Shown one piece after another: positions 57,217-64,000 of a stretch of 64,000 nt of DNA. The notes beneath the pieces are model-generated. The model did no database searches. It was not told the origin of the DNA and saw nothing but the letters and a program-made list of their open reading frames with translations. Made by a program: the position numbers and the translations under genes. The stretch lies in NCBI GenBank assembly GCA_964016885.1, contig OZ024741.1:110236001-110300000 (forward strand). The letters are read 5' to 3'. Each line of letters starts with the position of its first letter. The first letter of the stretch is position 1. The stretch is from Eledone cirrhosa (lineage: Eukaryota).

Positions 57217-58161
57217 ATATCACCACACTTCTACTGGGGTTAAAATAAGCTAGAATGTTATTCATATGTAGTTACAAGATTTTCTTCATGTAGTGTGTTC
57301 AAATCTTACTTTGACTGACTTTGGACATTCGATAACCATTTTTCGACAATTGGTCCACATGGAAATAACCTACCATATTGACCAATATCAACAGGTCAGC
57401 CTTTACGTCATCGCTCGACCTACATTTCATAACTGTTTATTGTATATCAGCCGACCACCAGACATTATGTGGCATGAGAAAAAGAAAGAAAGAAGATAAA
57501 CTATTGATGAAAAGGCACGATGGTCATGATTGGAATATCTTTGATGATAAGTCCACTGGATTAATGTTGATTTGAGGCTAAAGAAGAGATGGAATGTCTT
57601 ATCTTAGCGTCTACTCAAATGAAGCTGATCTAAAACAAAAGTGAAATGGTCCCGGCTGGAATATCTTGGAGGCTTGTAGTAGAGTTTACTGTGTTAGAAG
57701 TATTCGAACCAAGTTTATGTCGCAGCTATTCTCATCTTTCCTCCACAAATTTCGGAAGTCCTACAGAACGGACATGGATGTCAGAATATTTTTTTATATA
57801 AGTTAGAGCGGAATTTTTATATATCTAATCCATCACTCAGTTAGTTCCTTGCATGCTTGTAGCAGAGTCTGCGATAGAGAAGTAGATTCAATATATGCTA
57901 GAAGCATTCGTACACTATTTTCATCACAATCATCATTTATTTCCAATCATGGATGTTGCTCTCTCTTGATCTCTCTTACTATGAGTTTCCATAATTTTTT
58001 TTTTAATGTATCTTGAATAAACGATCGGTAGATTTGATCATTAATATCCCAGGAAGATTAGCAATAGACCCTAGAACATTCTTTGTTTGAGCTGGAACCC
58101 TAAACTCCTTATAGAGGAGTAATGAGGCGTTGTAACATACGACGTGCTTTGGACATTTTAA

Positions 58162-58382
58162 CCCTTTAGCATTCACATTACTTTACATTTACTATTATAT
58201 TTTCATGGTAAAGGTTTTATCTCACATAATTATCTCACATAATATCGAATCTATGAGATTTTGATATTATTTATTTTGAGAACAATTACTTAACATCAGT
58301 ATGAGTGGTTGGTTGCAGCCGGTCTGAGCAGAAAGAAGTGAGATTAGTCTGGCCAGATACGGCTGGTTTAAATGCTAAAGAG
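58162..58382. mobile_element. piggyBac-type MITE
   Basis: TTAA-CCCTTTAGCATT...AATGCTAAAGAG-TTAA. Confidence 0.7.
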
Positions 58383-58687
58383 TTAAATATGGCAGAGCCC
58401 ATCCCTCACCTGAACGATAGATCAAAAAACGAACCTCTGTTGGTTTCGACGAAGAGTGTTCTAGTTGTTCAATTAACGGAACAGCCAGCTCATGAAATTA
58501 TCATGTTAGTGGCTGAATATTTCATTGTCACCTGCACTCTTATCCAGAAGATTCAACGCGACAGTGTGTGACAAGACCAGTGTGTGAACACGAGGCATAA
58601 TTATTCGGCCATGATGCGTCTATCATAGAGCTGAAATTCAGAAACTCTCTATAAGTATGATTTCTATTGTTGATCAACAATAATAAT

Positions 58688-59098
58688 AGTTTCTACTTTT
58701 GGCACAAGGCCAGCAATTATCCCAGTGCATTACTGGGATTTTATTTTATCGACCTCGTAAGGATGAAAGGCAAAGTTAATCTCGGCGGGATTTGAACTCA
58801 GACCATAAAGGGACGTAACTCTATGCTGCAAAGCATGGTGTCTGACCCTCTACCGATACTGCCAATCCACCTCAACAATAAAACTGATTTCTACTATAGG
58901 CACAAGCCCAACAATTTTGGGGAGAGGGGAAAGTCGATCGAATCGACCCCAGTACTTACTGGTGCTTTATTTCATCGACCCCGTAATGATAAAATGCAAA
59001 GTTTACCTCGGCGGGATTTGAACTGAGAACGTAAAAGGCCATAACTCTATGCTGCAAAGTATGGTGTCTGATGCTCTACCGATACTGCCAATCCACCG
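58688..59098 (-). mobile_element. Two tandem SINE family A copies (58688-58870, 58888-59098)
   Basis: Reverse complement of consensus twice. Confidence 0.9.
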
Positions 59099-59350
59099 CT
59101 TTCAACTCAACAATAATAATATTAGAATTTCTTACTTTATTGGATTCTTACGTTATTTATTGGGGGTTATAACACTACAACTATCTTAGAACAGGCTAAA
59201 TGATAATTGTTTAATTAAATTGGATTTAGTTTGTAATTAATGACGTATTGCGTAATTCCACAAAATACGTATACTCACAAACATATATATGCATTTGTAT
59301 GCATGTATATTTATTTATACACACGCACGTACACACTGATATATATATGT

Positions 59351-59386
<36 letters not shown>

Positions 59387-59525
59387 TATGTATGAGAGCA
59401 AAGTTTGACTTTAAAAAAATATTTTATTTATTATCGAACGAGAAACATGTTTCGCAGATGATCGGCTCTAAATCTTAATCGATATGATATACATAGGTGC
59501 CATTTACAGTAATCAATAAAGAATA

Positions 59526-59567
<42 letters not shown>

Positions 59568-59754
59568 AGCAGAAAAACCGCCACCCGGGTGGTTTTCTGC
59601 TAGCATATTGATATTATATAGAAATATACATGCATGTAGATCAGAAACATCAAATAAAATCGTAATTGACAATATGCACAGAATTTGAAGAGAGACTGTT
59701 ACACTCCCTTCTGTAATCAGTAAAGTAATCCATGATACATTTAAAAAAGACGAT

Positions 59755-59952
59755 ATCTATATATCTAAAACAGAGAATGTTTGTCTGTGTGTCTGTCTGT
59801 CTGTCCAATCACTAAAACTCGAGAACCACCAAACCGATTGTTTTCAAACCTTACACATGTAATACTTATGGTCCTGTGAGTGTTTTGAGCAAAAACAATT
59901 TCAAATTTTTAATGCTCTAGGGACCTCATTAGGCGATTTAGCGATCTCTCTC
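59755..59952 (+). mobile_element. Helitron-like 5' fragment
   Basis: A|TCTATATAT..(GTCT)n..ACCGATT...TTAGCGATCTCTC, like 14573-14782. Confidence 0.5.
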
Positions 59953-60059
59953 TGTAATTCTTAGTCTTTCTCTTTTTAGATAGATACATAGATATAACGT
60001 TGCGCCCTTATAATATCTGTCTGTATGTCTGCCTGTCTGCATTACGACATTATGACGCG

Positions 60060-60105
<46 letters not shown>

Positions 60106-60122
60106 ACATCTACCAAATATAA

Positions 60123-60300
60123 TAATTGTTTCTACTTTTGGCACAAGGCCATCAATTACCCAGTGCATTACTGGTACTTTATTTTATCGACCCCGTAAGG
60201 ATGAAAGGCAAAGTTAAGCTCGGTGGGATTTGAACTCAGACCGCAAAGGGACGTAACTATGCTGGAAAGCATGGCGTCCGACCCTCTACCGATACTGCCA
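60123..60300 (-). mobile_element. SINE family A
   Basis: Reverse complement of consensus. Confidence 0.9.
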
Positions 60301-60584
60301 AGCCACCAATGGAGAAATAGAGAAACCACGGAACATGACGGTTGCAGCCTGATGACATCTGTTGTTGCAGTACAATTAATTGGAAAGCATGATTGGTTTT
60401 ACTTTGTATTTTATGAGTAATGATGTGTGTAGGTTTATGGACAACGTACGTTTGAGTTAATATGCTATTAATATTTATGTTGAGGCCGATACTGCCATTG
60501 TTATTTTTCTTGTTATTGTTATCAGTAAATCAATGTTCAGCGAAATATCAAGAAAATATATGGTACCACCTAATTGTTCCAGGT

Positions 60585-61218
60585 CTACCTACCTCCTTAC
60601 CTATATACATATCTAATTAAGTTCCTCTCCACCTACACCTTCTTCCCTACATGCTTATCTTCCGAATTACCTACCTATTACATATCCTCCAACCTACCCC
60701 TACCTTTCTACCTACCCACTTTCCTACATACGTACCTGCCTATCTACCTAGTTACCTACCTACCACCATACCTAACCACCTAACCAACTACCTACATCCC
60801 TCTTTGCATCCCTTTCTATCTAACCATCTAACTAACTATCTACCTCTCAACCTCTCGACCTACTTACCCACCTAACCAACTACCTACCTCCCTCGCTATC
60901 TAACCACCTAACCAAATACTGCCCTGCCTACCTAATCACCACCCCACTTATCTGCCCATCTCTACATCTGTCTACATAACCACCTAACCAAAAGCCTACC
61001 TACCTATCCACCTACCCACCTACCTCCCTTGCTACCTAACCATCTACCCACCCCTCTTCCCACTCCCTACATCTGGATCTACCAAACCAGCTAACCAACT
61101 ATCCACCTACCCACCTACCTCCTTCGCTACCTAACCATCTACCCAGTCCTCTTCCCAACTCCCTACATCTGGGTCTACCTATCCACCTAACCCACTACCT
61201 ACAACCCACCTATCTACT
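60585..61218. repeat. Degenerate (CCTA)n-like repeat
   Basis: ACCTACC / ACCTAACC motifs. Confidence 0.8.
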
Positions 61219-61276
61219 AGGCATGCGTTAGTGATCTCCAGCTAAATCCACCGCCCCATTGTAGCTATATAATATA

Positions 61277-61455
61277 ATTGTTTCTACGTTAGGCACAAGG
61301 CCAGCAAATACCCAGTGCATTACTGGTACTTTATTTTATCGACCCCGTAAGGATGAAAGGCAAAGTTAACCTCGGCGGGATTTGAACTCAGAATAGCAAG
61401 GGCCGTAACTCTATGCGTCAAAGCATGGCGGCCGACCCTCTACCGATACTGCCAA
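61277..61455 (-). mobile_element. SINE family A, near-consensus
   Basis: Reverse complement of consensus. Confidence 0.92.
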
Positions 61456-61796
61456 TTCTCTATAATACAACTTACTTAGCTGTGAAATTACACTGTATAC
61501 ACTCCTCCGACATTGTATATTTCTGATATTGTAGCCATCTATTAGTTCCACATGGAATATGTCCCCAAACTCTTATTTTCTTTTGTGTGTAGCGGGGAAG
61601 GGTCGACAACTCTCAATATATATATTTTTGGCTTTGTTTCTCATCTGTTATTAGGTTGTTGTTTTTTATCTTATTAATTTTTTGTGGGGAGGAGGTGGCT
61701 TACAAATGGGATATCAAGCGAAAACATGGCGACTACTTAAGACCATTATAGTAAAATCTGCATTGAGGTGCTGCACTTATACATAATATATATATA

Positions 61797-61990
61797 TAGG
61801 AAAATGTTCAACCCCGACGGCAGAGCTCAAGCCGTTTCGACGGTCCAGAAATATCCACCGAAACGGCTTGAGCTCTGCCGTCGGGGTTAAACATTTTCCT
61901 ATTACCCACTCTACTACCCCAAGTATTGAGAGTATTGAGTACTCTGGTGCGTTATTGTCCATCTGGTTCCTTACCACACTTCCTTCGTTA
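61797..61990 (+). mobile_element. Fold-back mini-element family P2
   Basis: Arms 61797-61839 and 61859-61901; GAAACGGC..GCCGTC; tail matches 33995-34076; (TA)n both sides. Confidence 0.8.
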
Positions 61991-62009
61991 TATATATATA
62001 TATTTATAT

Positions 62010-62056
<47 letters not shown>

Positions 62057-62286
62057 ACAGAAAGAGAAAGAGAAAGAATTACATAAGTTATTCTATATGT
62101 ATATGCAGAGTCGGATTGGGTCTAAAAATATTGGTTGCTATCATTTAATTTTTATAATGAATAAATAACATTTTCGAAAAATACATAAGCGGAAACAAAA
62201 TAGTGCAATCAAATTTTTGCGGGAAAATACTTTACCTTCTCCAATAAAAAATATTGTGTATTTTGCGAAATCCAAAGACTTTCAAT

Positions 62287-62440
62287 AATTGTTTCTACTT
62301 TTGGCACAAGGCCAGCAATTTCCCAGTGTATTACTGGTACTTTATTTTATCGACCCCGTAAGGATGAAAGGCAAAGTTAACCTCGGCGGGATTTGAACTC
62401 AGAATGGCAAGGGCCGTAACTCTATGCGTCAAAGCATGGC
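62287..62440 (-). mobile_element. SINE family A
   Basis: Reverse complement of consensus. Confidence 0.9.
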
Positions 62441-62893
62441 AATAATGACCAGAAGTCGGCCCTAAATATTACTAATAGCTCTCGGAAAGCCATGAACGAC
62501 ACCCTATCTTTTTAACTTTGATTTTGAAAGTAGGTTTATAATTATCAATTTTACTTATACTTTTGTAGCTGTCTCGATGGCGGAGTTGGAGGAATCATAG
62601 ACGGTGGTGATCGTGGTCTGAAGTTCGATTTTGGTCGGGAGTAGTGTTCCCGGTAAACGCTTTCAGTTTTTTTTCTATTGGTTGTAAAATAAAACAGAAA
62701 AAGGTTACAAGTACCTCTTCACTAGGATTGAACCCAACACCAGGATCTCCCCCATCTCTAGTACCTACCGCTAGGCCACAGAGACAACTACGAAAATCTC
62801 ATGAAAATTCATACATACAAACCTACTTATATTTGATATATATTTATCCTTATCGAGCCCTCTTTGGATTTTAGTCTTCACATTTATTATTAT

Positions 62894-63051
<158 letters not shown>

Positions 63052-63130
63052 ATGTATGTATGTATGTATGTATGTATGTATGTATGTATACATATATATA
63101 TTCATACATATGTATGTATATATATATATT

Positions 63131-63590
63131 ATCTACTTATATATATAACCAGCAATTTCTCTGTCTGTCTGTCCGACAGTGGAAACACGTGTGTAGAGAG
63201 AGAGTGAGAGTGAAAGAAAGAGACAGACTACGAGAGGGGGATAGCGGGAGGGAGAGAGGGAGAGAGAGAGAGTGAATAGACGCTAAAACACGTGCTACAG
63301 AAATATTACCTTCCCCTTCCTTTCTCCACTTTGGTACTACCAAGAGAAACACTGTCGCTATAGAAACATTACCTTCCCCTCTCCACTGACTTTGGTCGCT
63401 GAGGCCGAGGGAATCGCTGGTTGCTATAGAGACACCTTGCTCAAGCCAGAAGTAACCAGATCGAGGCGGTTCTGACTTGACACCATGCGAAGAAGGTTGC
63501 CATTGAATTTGTGGTTTGAAGAAGGTTGCCATTGAATTTGTGGTTGTTGCTGCTGATAATAAGGACCATTTGAAGAAGGTTGCTGCTGAT
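63131..63590 (+). mobile_element. Helitron-like 5' region with short internal tandem repeats
   Basis: A|TCTACTTATATATATAA..(CTGT)n start; GAAGAAGGTTGCCATTGAATTTGTGGTT twice plus a partial copy. Confidence 0.4.
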
Positions 63591-64000
63591 GAGGTAATTT
63601 ATTAATCAGATTGCGCAGTTCCATAACCTACGTTTGATTTGTTCAATTTTTTTCTTCAATTTTTTTTGTTGTTTTTTTTTTATTTCTTATTGAAAAAATA
63701 TAAATAATAAAATAAGGTTAGAAATTTAAATATAATTAAATACGATTTAATTTCCATTTCCAGCAGCCAATGTCCAGTGTTCAATTTCATGAAAAAATTG
63801 GAAATAATTCAAAAAATTGAAGTTTAACTTTTGAACATTTGTTTTGACAATAAAAAAATATTTCCTTATTCACACCTAATGGTATGATTAAAATTTCATA
63901 GGAATATTTTTTTATAACCGCCAGTTATTTATTTTCTCCTTTTTCGTTTTAACATATATTTATTTCAAAGATTTCACCGTATAGATAACATATATATTTA

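Noticed and set aside
60585-61218. Telomere-like CCTAA motifs
   Set aside because: Highly degenerate CCTA-based repeat with no run of CCCTAA or CCTAA units

Overview
Eukaryotic, extremely repeat-rich intergenic or intronic DNA. The SINE family, microsatellite load and LINE mix look like an octopus or other cephalopod genome (inference). No intact host protein-coding gene is supported; nearly all long ORFs are artefacts of (TA)n, (CA)n, (CATA)n, (GGT)n and (GAT)n arrays. Real coding signal is limited to decayed retrotransposons: L1-Tx1, RTE with C-terminal C2H2 fingers, R4/Dong, CRE, CR1-like and Penelope (RT plus GIY-YIG). There are also about 17 copies of one SINE, non-autonomous Helitrons and small mariner and piggyBac MITEs. 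The most striking hidden structure is about a dozen unrelated type I hammerhead ribozyme motifs, several intact. Many sit in short fold-back elements embedded in (TA)n, with the inversion apex at or next to the ribozyme, resembling miniature Penelope pseudo-LTR or retrozyme insertions. A second theme is apparent partitioning of microsatellites among retroelement families: Tx1 in (TCTA)n, R4/Dong and a zinc-finger-tailed element in (CATA)n, Penelope-like minis in (TA)n. Coordinates were read by eye and may be off by a few bases.
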